Assembly (NCBI GenBank): GCA_037379345.1
Contig: CM074511.1
Coordinates: 49,978,862 to 50,042,861 of the forward strand
From: Perna viridis
Taxonomy: Eukaryota
DNA length: 64,000 nt
Direction: 5' to 3'
How positions within the stretch are numbered: the stretch's first letter is position 1; each line of letters opens with the position of its first letter. Under the pieces are notes generated by a model. That model was not told the origin of the DNA. It searched no databases and saw only the letters and a program-made list of their open reading frames with translations. This document shows, one piece after another, positions 25,500 to 40,540 of the stretch. Position numbers and translations under genes: made by a program.

Positions 25500-28400
25500 T
25501 CAGTTTTGTATCATAGTCATTTTAAATACCCATGCCCATTCACATGGCATATGATTGTAAGGTATATTAGGTATTGTGATGTATATCCCTTGTCCTCCGG
25601 GTCCTGCCGTCCATGTCAAAGAGTTAGGATAACCAAGCATGGTTACTTTAGTAGATTGTGATGGTATTGGTGATACTAGCTTCAGAACATTATTCTCTGG
25701 CCAGGCTAGTAAAATTCCAAAGACAACTATACCTTCTTCTTCGGTGTTTCTCATTGTATACCTTTATAAAAATGTAATATCTCATCGTTAAAGCCATGAC
25801 TTATACATGACAAACAGTAACTACATTAAAGTATCACGAATAATGTTGTGGAATCATAAGTGCGAACTGATACCAATGCACGAATATTTAGAAATTGTCC
25901 ATCTTGTTTACCATTGCATATTAAGCACTTAAGCATATGATTAAAAGAATTTAAAATTTGCAGTATAAAAGAAAGTTGAATAATATAGTGTTTCAAAAGA
26001 GTTGTGCTACATCTAAAAAAACAATCACATGATGCTCATTATTAAAGCCCGCTCGAACTCAAAAAAAAAACTAAAGAATAAGATTTGAGTACAATATAAA
26101 TATACCATAAATATTTTGTAGCGTTGTCGGTCTGGTGGGTCCATGGTACAGTGCTATATATACCTTCACCATTTACCCTCAGCCAGCTGCCGAACTGACG
26201 TAACCTTTCCTCAAAAACTGGTATTATTTTACCGTCTTTAGTAGGGCCTATATTCATAAGCATATTTCCACCGCAACTACAAACAGATGAAATGTGAAGA
26301 AAAAACAATAAACTTTCAAAATAGTTTGGAATTATGAATCATTTCTACTAGGACTGCTTCTAAAACGAAAAAAAAAACACGAAAAAATGAGTTATTAACC
26401 CATTATTAGTAAATGCCTATGATTTGACTGGCTAGGGACACGTTTACAAATCCATATATTAACCTGATGTTGCAAGGGCATTTATCCCGAGGTAACTGAC
26501 CATTGCCCCTGGATATAGCCCAAATTTGTAGATACCAAGTATATTCACGTCTTATGTTGACTTTTTCATGTAAGTATTTGAAAACCACGTTCAATACATT
26601 TTTCTAGCAACAAAAGAACGTATACTTCAAAATGTTCTTTTCTTGAATCAACAGTTACATAAGGTGTGATTGTTTTGTTTATACCTAATTATCCTTGTTC
26701 AAGAGTAAAGAAGTCTTAATTTACGGATATTGAATGAATGCAAATAACATATACTCTCCACTTCATTCCGTAAATATGGAATCAAAATGCATCCAAATAT
26801 CAAAAAGGAAATCGAGATAGTTACCTGCAAAGTTAGTAGTATTTATTTCAATTGTCACGCCCTTTGCGGGTCCTGGTGTCAAAAGAATAGGCCCGCAATA
26901 CCGCTTAGCTTGGCGTAAAAGGCGACTAAATAGTGCTCAGAACCCTAGCCGGGGGCTAGGGCACTCTGTCCACAGAGCAACTGGGTTGTGTGCCCCAGGT
27001 GGTATGGGGTAACCCTAGCATGTTAAATACTGGGTCGTCAGGCTACAATACAGAAAACCTGACCGCAAACCATAGTAGTGAACCGTGTCTGGAAAGATGC
27101 CACGTTCCTCGCACGTTAAAGAAGCATGCTGTAGTTTTCGCTAGGATAACCTTTGCGCTCCGCCACTGGAGGCTAAATTGCCCGACCCTACCCATCCCTC
27201 CCTATTTCTTTTGGCAATCAAAATTTGTCGACTCTATTATCCTTGTGTCCCATCCCATTTTTCGTTTCATCATCATCATTTCATGTTCATTTAATCATCC
27301 ATTTCATGTTCGTCGCCTGAATATTGGTAAATATTGCTGCTCGGGCTTAAACGCCAACGATCAATCAATCAACTGTCACAGATAAATACCTCAATACTTA
27401 TTCTTCAGATGACTATGTTAGAAAAAGTTTTTTTCTTTAAATTTTGCCTATTTTTATGTGGAGTTTAAAAGTATGTGCCAGGTTTTACTTGTATTAGACA
27501 CATGTATTTGTCGCTGTTGCAACCGACTGGACAAAATACCTGATAGTGGATGCAAATGTTGATATAATCTCATGTATACTAAGAAGCTGGTCTAGTTTGG
27601 CTGTTCTGCGGTAACCCCATGAATAAGTATCCACAGACATACAGTTCTCCCATTTAAATTTCAGGAGTTTACCTGAAATGCAATAAGGCATATACAGAGA
27701 AAAATGTGGAAAACTAGAGACGCTACAAAGAGATAACAACTATTAAAAAAGAACAACAAAAGTATTTTAACCTTCAACTACGGTGAAAACTTCCAACAAC
27801 CGGTGTCCCCTGAAAACCATGTATACCGGGTGAGGGAAATTGATATCACAAAATACACAAAAGATAAAAAAAAACAAAAATTCTAAATCAAACAAGATCA
27901 ACGAAGGCTAGCCTGTATTTTATTCAAATGTCATTCACATATACTAGATGTTAGAAGATATGACCAATTAGAATTGGAACAACAAAATACGATGATTAAG
28001 ATTGTCAAAAAATGTAACCTTCTTTAAACTGGTTGGTTACAAGTGTCTCTTTAACCTTAATCTACCCACCTGGGTTGTATTTGTCTCTACACGTTTTGTA
28101 TCCGCCATGTTTGCAGAAACATTCTTGACACCATCTATCATTAGTTACTACAGTTTCTTTCACAGGACTGTAATTATCAAAGTTAAGTTAGTCTTAAACC
28201 TTGGCATGGTTGTATGTCATATATTGGTATAACTATTATGTGTTGTAGTTTTTTAAGCGCTCACCTGATGAAGTAGGAGAAATTGCAGATATTGCAGGAC
28301 GGGAAGGCTGACTTCAAGCCAGTCAGTCGCCACTATACCCCCTAAAGACCGCGTGTTTGGTGGAGAAGCAGTTAAGACATTGTTTTAAATATTCGTGAAT

Positions 28401-30066
28401 TGGACCCAAGACTACCACCACCAAACTACCCCCCCTCCCCGCAAAAAAAAAAACGCACTCCAGGAAAACACGCTACCCTACGATCATCGAGGCGACGTAT
28501 CTTTTTGAAACATATGTTCTTTTTCATCAGCAACCAAGCTAACAAACAAACAAAGGCTTGTTTGAATACTTTTTGGTAATGGTGCAGCAACTAACAGTAT
28601 AACAGCAAGGTCAAATTCTTATATTTAAGTCACTATTTCGGTTTTGGACATAAATAACTTAAAGATGATCTACGCTAAAGAATATATATAAACCTTTCAT
28701 TGTACAACCAAGCAAGAAATTCCTTTGCTTCCCAATACTCCGCTGGTCCTGTTCCATCGGCAAGGTCTGACCAGACTATCTCTGGTTTGTATTTATTTAC
28801 AAGCTCGTAAAGCTCCGGCATTGCTTTCGCCTGAAATAAAATTAAAGATGTCATTACTAGAGATGAAAAGAAACACACATCATTGACCCTAATTTAAACA
28901 TCAGGTCGTACTCAAAGAAAGTACGTCGTTTTACAGCAGTAAAAGTCCTAAGAAGGGGAAAATAACACCCGAATTAACATTTAATTTCTATTAAAACATG
29001 CCTTATTTTACTATGATTTCGATAATTACTTACACCAATCGAATAAGGATAGAAGTCCTACCTTGACGAATTCCTGGGTTGTAAAATTTGCCCTTTTGTC
29101 TTCCAGCCACAGAGGGTGTAGCCATTCTGACAAACAATAATATGTTCCGAATTTAAGTTTTGTTTTGTTTCGAATGGCATTTGCTAAATCACCTGAAAAA
29201 AAGGAAGTAAACTCAAAACCGAAGTGAAACTTATGCAAGCAGGGAACATGTGCAATCTCGGATATGATTTTTTCTACTAGAAAGACTTTTGCTGTCAAAC
29301 ACAATGATAAATAAGACTGAACATTTGCAATAAATTTGGTGACTAGTTACCAACTAAATCTCTTTTAGGTCCAACAGCAACCGAGTTCCAATTGAATGAA
29401 TGGGATGATGGCCAATTAGGAAAGCCTTCTCCGTGTTTACTTGTCAGAACCACATACCTTAAAATATAATGAGAATAATCTGAGAGGTTATTAGAAGAAC
29501 TTCATTTTAATGTACTGCTCAAGTGATAAGGTGATGTCGTGTCGTAATATTTTTTCGTTAAACTGAAATTGAAAAAAAATGTGAACTCGTTCCCGTCTTC
29601 AAATCAAAAGAGTTTTGTGACGACACAAATCCAGGCTATTTAGTTTACAATGTAATACACAGGAATCCTGTAAGTGATAGTCAATAACTGTCTCCTTAGA
29701 ATTTAAATTAACTTACCCTGCACCAGACGCTTGCAATATATCTGCCCACTCGTCTGGGTTGAAAAACTCAGCTGTGAAATCCGGAGCAAAATCAGCATAC
29801 GTAAAATCAGGGCGATAGTTATTCTTCATGAACTGTACTATATCTTCAGAAGGGTGTTTCGACTTCCATAGAGGCCAGAACCATTCTGAGTGGAAGCTTG
29901 GTACAGAAAACACTCCCCAGTGGATAAATATTCCAAATTTGACTTCATCATACCACGAGGGTAACGGCCTAGCATCAAGCGAATCCCAATTAGGGGTATA
30001 TTTTGCGGAAACTAGACTCGTTGACACGAACGCTAATAATAAAACTGCGATTTCCCTATTCGCCAT
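25500..30066 (-). CDS. FUCA: Alpha-L-fucosidase (GH29), paralogue 1, 462 aa, variant pocket
   Basis: Exons 30066-29717, 29457-29351, 29192-29062, 28830-28694, 28167-28070, 27672-27540, 26276-26106, 25761-25500; GT-AG; 1389 nt open. Signal peptide; motifs FIHWG, SEWFW, KHGEG, WSD nucleophile, [22 protein letters not shown]. Confidence 0.95.
26859..27368 (+). mobile_element. Structured SINE-like retroposon, full-length short form
   Basis: Starts GCCCTTTGCGGGTCC and ends in a (CAAT)n tail. TSD TCAA(T/C)TGTCAC at 26848-26858 and 27369-27379. Lies in intron 6 of fucosidase 1. Confidence 0.88.
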
Positions 30067-30114
30067 ATTAAAGTCTTTGTTATTGTATAAACCGGTAGTT
30101 AGTGAAGCATTCTA

Positions 30115-30134
30115 TCACATGACAAGTCATGTGA
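30115..30134. promoter_or_regulatory. Paired M-box/CLEAR-like E-boxes upstream of fucosidase 1
   Basis: TCACATGAC-AA-GTCATGTGA, an inverted pair 49-68 nt upstream of the ATG. Confidence 0.6.
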
Positions 30135-32229
30135 ATTTTAAACATATATAACATCTAATCGATTCTTCTTAATACCTCTAATACCGGGTTTGCGGGTAGA
30201 GGCGGTCGATTTGACAGATCCTGATGGAATTCGAGTTTATTTTCTGGAACGCTATTCCACAAGATTACAAGGCTTTCCGAATGATTAACAACGCCTGGCC
30301 CGTGCTCGGTCATTTTTCGCTATGTTTTTTTTTTGCAAATTTATAATGGCAGTTTTAATTTTACCGCTGATTAGTAGACATCTTATTGAGAAGAAAGATT
30401 CCGAAATTACACTTACATATAAAGTACGCTTTTATTTATGAACAGTACAAATCAAGTTATTTATTATCGAGCACTAGTCGTTATCGAGCTGTCTATACGG
30501 AGTGAATGCTATAATTAATTCAGCTTTGTCAGCTTGACGAGGAGAAAAGTAGTAAAACCAAGGCAGGGGAAAATAAATGACAAAAAAAACTTCTTAATGA
30601 AACAGGAAATATGTACCAAAAGACTAAAAATTGAGATTCTGCCTAACTTTTCACTATTTCAAAGAGTGGCGTAGCTACTATGTAAACATCAACACATCTG
30701 TGTGCATCCTAACAAATTCGTTCTTAAAATATGATTCTCATCTTTTTTTCTGTCTTAAATACCCGTTGTTAATAACGGAGCTTTATAATGTTTCCGTATA
30801 ACTCAATTAGAAAAGACTTAAAAATAAATGAGACCGCAAGCCTCATGTTATGAAACAATTCGACCGCAGTTAGTATACATGTAAAAGTATTCCAGTTTCC
30901 TGTTAGTTTAGTTGGTTAGTTGAAACTTTTACCCTCAATTTATTTAATTCCCCATGGACATTCTTATACGGAGTGACTGCGGTTACAGTACTCGGGTTTA
31001 GTTCCCTTACAACCGATGATTTCATGATATGATATTTGTACCAGAAGAATATGTTTTTAAATTAATCAACTGAAGATCGATCCTGCTCTTTTAATAATCT
31101 CTTCAAACACACCTTAAAATGATAATTGAGAAGACTTTATGAAATCGTTGTCATTGCTTCAAGGTTTGAATACATAAAATCTACTAAAACAAAACCATGC
31201 AAAAGCAAGAGAAATCACGACAAATTATTAAATGCATATATCTTTTTTAAAAAAAAAAGAGCATGCAGACCTATCGTCTTTTCTGCTTATTTTGTTCTAG
31301 CATGAAAGATCTTCACAACGTTCTGAAATCTTTGTTAAGCAGCGAACACCCTTAATAAAATGTTAAAAAAAATGTATGCCGACCTTTTCTATCGATTCGC
31401 AGTAGTGTAGCGTGCCGTGACATACTAAATATGTGATAATAAAATTACCGATTCGATTCAAAAGGAAAATCCATATAACAAATGACAGCATCAAGGTGAA
31501 AACCGGAAAGTTGAAAACTACAACAATGGATAAATTAAATTGAGATAAATACTGTAATCTGAGTGGTTAAAATAACTTTGTTATATCTCAGTGGATAAAA
31601 AAATACTGACACGCCCCTATTCAGTTAAATACTTCGCGCAATAAACAAAACATCTGTGAAATCAATTGTAGTCAAAACAGTACAGAAAATATTATATTAA
31701 CAATGATTAAGGGAAAATAAAAAGAACTAAATACATATAAAATGCAAGTAAAACAAAGAAGATACCAACTTCAAAATAAGTCTTGAACTTTGTGAGGAAG
31801 GTGCGTCGAGATCAAGATTAAAATAATATGATGCGCGTAAAAAGTATGATTCAGAAATATAAATTTGTTGATATTATGAAAATCCATCCTCTATTATCTG
31901 TTTGTCAGAAACGGAGTATTCATAAAAAGATCTAGATATCGGAAATAAAACTTATTTAGGCAGCGTATACGATACGAATGAGGCGTATCGTGTAATAACC
32001 TTGGTCCAAAAGCCTGACTATCAGACAGCAATGGCCCATTATTTTATTACAGTATTAAGAAGAAAAAAATGTGGCATATCTGATAAATATAAACACCATA
32101 TGCAGGAGAAGCTGGTATGTCACTGCACAAGAAAAAAGAAATTTATGATTGTCTCTTTTGCCATATATATATATATACTATTGAGGGTCAATTGTTTATC
32201 TCGGAGTAAGGATAATAAGTAGGGTAACA

Positions 32230-32900
32230 TGTCTTCATGTGGACTGATTCTATGGCCTGGCGTGTCGGACAGCTATTCAAACCAGGGTATTCCATTTGAT
32301 TATATGCGTCCTCAGTTTCCTGAAAAGTGTGAATTATCTGCCACTGGCCAATAAAAGTCACTGTCAGTTGAAATTATTTTTCCGGAATATTGGAAGAATA
32401 GAAAGATTGTGGTTGAAAAAAAACCTTGGCTAAGATACTCATTTTTCAAAGAAAGTCTGCACTGACTGCATTGTTATTAGTTTGGCAATGAAAACGCTCG
32501 TGATATTTCCAATGGTAATTTGTTTTGCTTGAATAGGGTAAAATCCAGACTGCCTGCAAGAAATTAAGATCATCGTTAAATCTTTGTACTGTTAACCCCA
32601 ACAACAGGACAGTTACCATCAACTGCCGAATCCTGATCAAACTGTCACCTTTAGACTGACAATATCGTAAAACAGCCTAAAACAACATCTAAACAGAGCG
32701 ATAAAAGTTGTACCATTTTCAATGCGTCGTGTCCCTGTGGTGATGCAGAACAGGATACAATCCATATGCGACATACATGCAAGACCCACCAGGCATTGAG
32801 ACAACAGATTACCAAAATAAAATCCAGGAAAAGCAATAGCGAACAGTGGGTGCATAGCAGAAGACCAACATATTCGTAGAGGAAGGAGAAATCGAAGCAC
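32230..32900 (+). mobile_element. Heavily decayed I-group (RNase H-bearing) LINE 3' fragment
   Basis: Broken frames give HC...GNENA (RNase H-like), DSYHQL..DQTVTFRL....SLKQHLNR, and a C-terminal zinc motif CPCGDAEQDTIH....C....LRQQI. Confidence 0.55.
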
Positions 32901-33434
32901 GAAGACTGGTCAAATATTCTTAATTACACAGAGAAAATAAAGTTTGTACTAAATGATATCATGTTTTTGAAAGCCATGTATCTATGAAATGGATGCATTA
33001 TGATCATTTGCTGCGTTATTAGATATCAAAATTATTCATCTTTAGAAGTCATGTACGTGTTATATGGACTTTCCTTTCGGCTATTCCATTTGACTATCGC
33101 TAAGAATTTATCAGTTCGGGTTTTTTTTGTTGTTATTACCCTCCATAGTGATGGTTGGTGTGAGTAACACTAGCCAAGTGGCAGATTTCGACCTAAGTAC
33201 AGCAATTAAAGAGACCTCGTCTAGTTTAAACGTCTAGAAAACGGTGTTTATTGATGCATCGAATGGATGTTAACTCATTTAGATTTAAATTAAAATGTCA
33301 AGTCTAGTCACCTTTTGGCCGATAAATGTGCATTACATATGTTTAGTAAAATATACGGGTTTTCTCCATAATTTATGTCTAGCAGGCTCAACTGCATTCA
33401 CCCACCCATAACAGACGGACGGGCGCGTTGTCTG

Positions 33435-33592
33435 NNNNNNNNNNNNNNNNNNNNNNNNNNNNNNNNNNNNNNNNNNNNNNNNNNNNNNNNNNNNNNNNNN
33501 NNNNNNNNNNNNNNNNNNNNNNNNNNNNNNNNNNNNNNNNNNNNNNNNNNNNNNNNNNNNNNNNNNNNNNNNNNNNNNNNNNNNNNNNNNNN
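33435..33592. other. Assembly gap (N run)
   Basis: 158 consecutive Ns. Confidence 1.
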
Positions 33593-33599
33593 ACTAATA

Positions 33600-34330
33600 C
33601 ATATCAAACGACACCGTCCGACACAGACTCGACAGGGTAGTCAGTCCCCAGTTACACCAAACGATTAACATCAATTGATGTCATTGAAAGAGTAATCAAG
33701 GGAACCAAGATACAAGCGAAAACCAAAAGAATATATTCCAAGGATAAAGACTAGACAGGGAAAATAGGCATATGATGTAACCAAAATAACACATACAAAG
33801 AAACAATAGTAAATGGGCAACCCGGAATCCACTAAAAACTAGGAGTATGGACCTGGTACACCGGTAGGGTAAGCGTCCTCTACTTTCCAAGAAATACCTG
33901 CCGAGTTGCTCATTAAAGGTCACGTTAGTAGCAGACAAAACAGAAAAGGAACAATATGGCAAGGTGAACAAATAGGATTTCGTGGTGCAGATGGAATCAC
34001 CATAACGATCCACGAGTTCATGTTGACGACCATAAAACTTCAGAAGTGAATGATTTTAATCTTGTAGCAACTGAACCCTATTTCAAAAGCCGAATTGTAA
34101 AAAAGTCTAGCACGGTACAAAAAGTCCGCGTTGTGTCGGCAACCGCTTGCATAACTTATAAGTTGTGATATGAAAACTCCATACGCAGGTGCTGAAAAGA
34201 TGTTGATATGGATAGGAGAGTTGGCAAGGCGAAATGAGAAGTCATCGCGTTTATCTTATGGTTTGGTCACGAGTTCTCCTTTTCCATCGATCTTTAAGAT
34301 ATGATGCTGATTTCGCAGTGCCTTGTATTG
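33600..34330 (-). mobile_element. Penelope-like element 3' fragment
   Basis: Homologous to 2635-3063 and 4850-5300 (APAYGVFISQL, KFYGRQHELVDRYG). Confidence 0.75.
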
Positions 34331-35117
34331 TCTTTTATCCCAAGTTCTTTGGTGGTATAAATACGATACATAAAATCAACGTAACTTGGATTTAAAATTG
34401 GTTAAGTTTTTCACCATAGACAAGATACGAAGTGAATTTTTCAATATTACATGAAATAACAACCCTTCAATCCAAACAAACCATTGAGTAAGCTCTTGGG
34501 TTATTATGGGTACATTTATACGGTTATTTTGGCATGTGATATGAAAACTTCATATATGATATTATAGGAATTTTTATTTCGATATCTGACTTTCTGATAC
34601 TAGTACTAGAATTTCTTTCGGATTAGAAAAACGGCAAGAGTAACTACGCACAATTTTAATAAACAAAAATATAACAATGGGTCATTATTACAACAATATA
34701 CAAATGTATAATTCTCTAAAATATGCTTTTTTGTAGAAATCAACGTAAAATGAAAAAAAAAAGTGTTATTTATTCAGATGAATCCCCTTTTCCTAATTCA
34801 AAATTTGACTGTATGCATAGATGAATAATGTAAAAATATACACGTAGTTGCAATCGGACATTGTTCAGGCATAACCTTAAACACATAATATTAAACAATA
34901 AGGAATGATATAAAATATGTTGGATTTCTTTTTAGATTCATATATAAAAACACAGCTGTTTTGATGTCAAATAAGAATTATAATACCCACAAACTTGTTT
35001 AACCCATACACAAACACCCTTTATATTCAGATTTTCTGTTCATTTAAGTACGTTCTGAAATTCAATCCGATCTCAACACCAGTTTCCTGCTCTCACGTCC
35101 TTTAATCTCCTTTGTTC

Positions 35118-38100
35118 TCAGTTCTGTAATTGAGTTATTTGTAGAACCCATGCTGTAGTTGATGGTAGTTTGTTCCATGGTATATTTGACATGGTAACAT
35201 GCAGTCCTTGTCCACCTGGACCAGACACCCATTTCAATGGGTCCTCATACCCTAACATAGTCACAGTCGTACTCTGTGAAGGTATTGGTGCACCTAGCTT
35301 CAGTATCGTGTCTTCGGGCCACGTGAGGACGATAGCATATACGGTTTTACTAGACCTTGATCCCTTCATGGTGTACCTGTAAGTGACGCAGTAGATACAT
35401 GTACCAGTAAAATATGAACTTAAACAACGAAAAGAATGCAATCATTGACTTCTACTTCTTAGTACCTATATAAAAAAATCTAAGATATCAATTTTGTATT
35501 CATCGAATTCATGAGCACTTAAAATGTTATACATGTAATACATTGTACAGTAAACTCCAATTTGAGGAACCACATTCATTTTTACCATTAGTGTCTGTCT
35601 ATACAAAATCAATAGTATTTGAAGAACATTGATTTTGTGTAGAAACTAATTGAAAATTTTAAATTTGGCAAAATACTGCACATGTAAATACTGAAGCAAA
35701 ACAAATATTATCCTACCTACCATATTTTTTTGTCCTACCCTAATAATTTTATGACCATTTTGGCTCAAGTAATGTTAAATTCTAGATTATTTCCCTATTA
35801 ACCCAATGTAAAATGTTTTTGAAAATAAAAAAATGCTACCTACATACCCCATGTTTTCTTGCACGTAGCAGAAAACAATATTTTTTTGCCTAATGGCAAA
35901 TAGGATATTTTTCTACAAATTTTGAAAACACAAGAAGTTGCCATATCAAGATGCTAACTAAGCATACACTTTGGCACAATGAACTCACCATATATTTTTA
36001 ACCACCGTGTCGTTTTGATATGTCCACGGAACAGTACTATAGATCCCTTCATTGTTTATTTTTAACCAGTCCCCTAACTGTCTTAGCCTCTCTTCAAATA
36101 TTGGAACGATTTTACCATCTTTTGTTGGTCCTACATTCATCAACATGTTGCCTCCACAACTATAATAAAACGTTACAATGACAATCTCAGCGGGAAAAGG
36201 CACGTGGTAAAGGAATTCAAAGGTTCACTTTAGAGGGGTTGGTTTGGTTTTACTAAACAGAAACATAATAACATAGTAAAAAGGTAATGTATCATAAAAA
36301 CAGAAAAACTAAATTGCATTGGTAGATGAAAATTAAAATGTCACAATGAAGACGCCAAAAGATCAAATCTCATATAGTCTAATGGATATTCTAATACGAC
36401 GTACTTCAAAGCACTTTAGACTACAGCCATGGTAAAAAGTGATAAACATCTGACCAACATGGGCTATTAAAAATATGAAGAAACTAGTTCTAGTAGAATC
36501 GAAATAAATCACAGAAACTCCATTTTACCATTGTTTTACCACGGGTTGGCCATTTATATTGTTATTTACTGCCTGGGTATCGCTTGGCGTAAAACAATGC
36601 GACATAAATGGCCCGTGGTAAAACAATAAAAAAAATGGAGTTTCCGTGATTTATTTCTTAAGTTATTAGTCAAAACTAACTTTGAAAGTATATGTGACTC
36701 TTGGTCAACCATACTACCATATTGACATGCAAGACCATGTTGATCCCCAATCCTCACTATTTACCTTACTGTTGATGCCAGAGTTGTTATGATGTCGTGG
36801 ATGCTGAGAAATTCTTCTAGCCTGGCATTCCTTCTGTATCCCCAGGATGACTTATCTATAGTCATACAGTTTTCCCATTTATGGTTTTGTTTTTTGCCTG
36901 GAAGTAAATAATGCCTGTGATGTTCATTGGCCTGTGTTTTATCACATAACAAAGATAATTTTAGATGAGTTATATTTTAAGTAATTTGGTATTATAGTTT
37001 ACCTAAGCCAATCTTGTTTGGGTTAAAATTAAGGCACAAGTACGTCTGAAGATCAGTATTCAAAATGAAAACAAGTCATCTCTTTTGGAAAGATTAAATC
37101 GCCATTGCTCTATATCATAATTCGGTACCTTAACTTTAAGTACAATTTCATCAATTCCTAAACTTTTAGTACAGTGTGCGTCTCCAAATTGCGACTCAAA
37201 GAGATCCTTTATTTTTGTTCCTTCCCAAAGTTCTGGGCTAGTTACCCGTCGAACATGCCACCTCCCTCGCCCTAGTGGTTACCTGGATTATATCTATCTG
37301 TACAAGTGTAATATCCACCATGTTTACAGGCACAGCCCTTGCCCCACCGGTCGTTTGTTACCACTGTATCTTTAACTGGACTTGAAAAGAAAACACACCG
37401 AAGCATGAATTTGCTGGATTATGTGATTCGAAAAGAATCTATACCACAATTCAACGCTTTTTATATCTTCCTCTTAATTTTGTTCAATCTTGCATATTAT
37501 AATGTACAGGCTCAGAATGGCGAAAATAGTAGATATTCTATTAATTTTGTTCCTACCTTTCGTTATATAACCAAGCTAAGAATTCCTGCGAGGTCCAGTA
37601 CGTATCAGGCCCAGCGTCCCCATCTGACCAAACTATCTCTGGCTTATACTTGTTCACTATCTCATACAGTTCTGGCATTGTCTTAAACTGAAATCGATTA
37701 AAAGCCTAATTTTTTGTAGACGATGGATAAAGGAAACAGTAGCAGAAATTGCAGGCTCTTACCCCTTCCATCCCCTCGTGCCTCTCACCTTCATCTCCGC
37801 CAAACAAGAGGTGTGGTTGTTTTTTTAAGTTTCTTTCAATCGAATTATGGTAATGAATGCTTTCAGCACGGAAATCACGAAATTCTTCAAATGGGAAAAA
37901 ACAAATGCCACGTCTAAAAATTTCGTTCATAAATTTATTGGTCTTTTATATATAGTACAAGTTACAATCTTGTTAATTGCATTCTCAATTTTTAATGTTA
38001 ACATCAAAAGCTAAATAAAAAGACTAAAATCCACGTGATGACAGTTGTACGTGTAAAGCCATTCGTCTCCGATAAGGCTGTCAACCGAGTCCGACTGCAA

Positions 38101-39537
38101 ATAACCAATCATACTTTCATCCATGGACCCGTATGATATTGTTGCAGTTTAATAGATAGTCATACATTGAAAGCAATATTTAGTGTTCAGCACATATAGG
38201 CCCTACTTGTCTTAAGTATACGTAATGAAATACCTTCACAAAATCTTGAGTTGTAAAATTATTAGCCTTGTCTTTCAAGTATAGTGGGTTAAACCATTCA
38301 TACAAGGAATGATACAGACCAAAACGAATACTTGTTTTCTTCCTTATGGAATTAGCTAGTTCACCTGTAGTTAAAATTGGGACAGAAAGTTATACGTAAG
38401 GCATCGTTGATCTAAAACAATTGCATTAAAAACAACACCAAAACAAAACAAAACGACACGAAACAAACTTTCTTCATCAAGGATTAGGAAGTGTATCAGA
38501 TTTGTCCATTTGAACTTCAATGAGTAAGGATGTCATTACTGTTAGACACCCATAAAAAGTGCATTGCACATCATATGATTACATATATTTTAAAATGAAT
38601 TATAACTTGAAAATACAGCCAATTAGTACAAACAGTTTTAGTCTACTAAGTTTTCTACTACTATCAAATATTTTTCATGAAAATGTGTGGTTAATGACAG
38701 TGTACTGGTCTATTTTTAAAAGAATAAGTTGTTCTTTATTTTTTTCCATACCTACTAGATCTCTGTTTGGTCCAGATGCATTTGAATTCCAGTTAAAAGA
38801 GTACTTTGAAGGCCAGTTAGTAAAGCCTTCATGGTGTTTGCTGGTCAAAACGATATACCTGAATTACAATAACTCTGAAATTGAATCATTTCATATAGAA
38901 AAAAAAACAATATCACTCTATTTCTATAGTAAACGTGACTGGTATACTTAACATCTTATGTAACCAGGAAGTGATAATCAATCGTCAATCTGTCAAAGCA
39001 CGGTCGTACGTAATGACCAACTCGCTTGTTAAATAACTTTTGTTTGACACAAATAATAGTCTGGCGATAAACAAAATTTAGCGTTTTCATATTCCATTTA
39101 AGGCAAACAAAAAGTGATGAACCATAAATGTGATCATGCATGATGTTTGCTAAAGAGTAAACTGATAAGTTAAAGACTTACTGTGCACCTGAAGCTTGGA
39201 ATATGTCAGCCCATTCGTCAGGATTAAAAAATTCAGCTGTGAAATCTTTAGCGAAATCAGCATATGTAAAGTCTGGAGGAAAATTGTCCTTCATAAAGTC
39301 AACAGCCTGTTTACTAGGTTTTGGTCCTTTCCAATAATACCAAAACCACTCAGATATCAAACTCGGCACCGAAAACACACCCCAGTGAATAAAGATACCA
39401 AGTTTAGCCTCATCGTACCATGGTGGCAGTGGCCGAGAGTCCAGTGACTGCCAGTTTGGTTCATATTTTACAGTGTCACATGTTGTTAATCCGATTGAAA
39501 GAAACGTAAACAATGTAAATAATGCAATACTCGCCAT
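35118..39537 (-). CDS. FUCA: Alpha-L-fucosidase (GH29), paralogue 2, 461 aa, canonical pocket
   Basis: Exons 39537-39182, 38858-38752, 38364-38234, 37687-37557, 37380-37283, 36897-36765, 36159-35989, 35376-35118; 1386 nt open. Motifs [42 protein letters not shown]. Confidence 0.96.
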
Positions 39538-39547
39538 TTTTAAATAC

Positions 39548-39584
39548 TCACATGACTGAATCCTCAGGTGTACTAATCACGTGA
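39548..39584. promoter_or_regulatory. Paired M-box/CLEAR E-boxes upstream of fucosidase 2
   Basis: TCACATGAC (39548-39556) and TCACGTGA (39577-39584). Confidence 0.6.
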
Positions 39585-40278
39585 GCTTACTATTTACATT
39601 TTCTCTGAACTTAAAGCGTATATATAGATCGTTAATAATTATCAGACAGAATGAAAACACAGAACGGGACGACCAGGGGCTGGCATTTTCACGGGTTAAA
39701 AATATTTTCAATTCACGACTTTGGGTCAAGAATGCCAATATTATTTATTTCCATTTCACTGTCTGAGGTTTCTGGATATTTCAGGGTCACGGAGGTACTT
39801 TGCAGTTCGGCTAATTGCTCACACTGGTCAATGTCAGAAGATTTGTATTTTACCGCATTTCGAATGGTATAGCGGCAGTAAATGTATTATCGGTATGCAT
39901 ATAATTATAAGTATTCGGTGTTTCCAATATTTTCTGTTGTCCGAAGTTCCGTCAATATTGTAAAAAAAAATTTATATACATTTGTAATAATTTTTGATTT
40001 TGGTGAGGCCCGACACCATGTCCTTACATAGGATTGTGTATTGACGTCGGATACAGGTTTCCTAAAAAATCGGTGTTTTTCCTGGTCGGCCCTGTGTATC
40101 GGTGAGGGATAAGAGAACGAGCAAGAAATTTTTGGTATATGTATTCGAGATGAATCTGAGTATTGAATGCTGTATGTACATTTTTCCACTGCAATTAAAT
40201 GCCGCCTCCATCACATACGACGGGCTGTCGGCAAATTTACGATTTGTGTTGGTTTTTATTATGAAGTACATGTTTGCG

Positions 40279-40540
40279 CATCCTCCCCAAGTCAAGGTTT
40301 TGAGTCCACCCTCGCTCACTGAAGTATCAATGAAATCTTCATTGAAAAAACTGCTGTGTGAACAATTATAACATAATTTTTAATTTTACAGTATTATTTT
40401 CATGACTATTTTTATAATGATAATAAAATCATATCACTTCTACTATATACCTGAATGTCCTCTGGCATGTATCTAAATGCATCATAAATCTGGTCCTTGA
40501 GGGAGCGAGGTGGAACTCAAAACCCTGACTTGGGAGGATG
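40279..40540. mobile_element. MITE with about 45-bp TIRs and 9-bp TSD (Mutator-like)
   Basis: CATCCTCCCCAAGTCAAGGTTTTGAG... pairs with ...CTCAAAACCCTGACTTGGGAGGATG. Exact TSD ATGTTTGCG at 40270-40278 and 40541-40549. Confidence 0.85.
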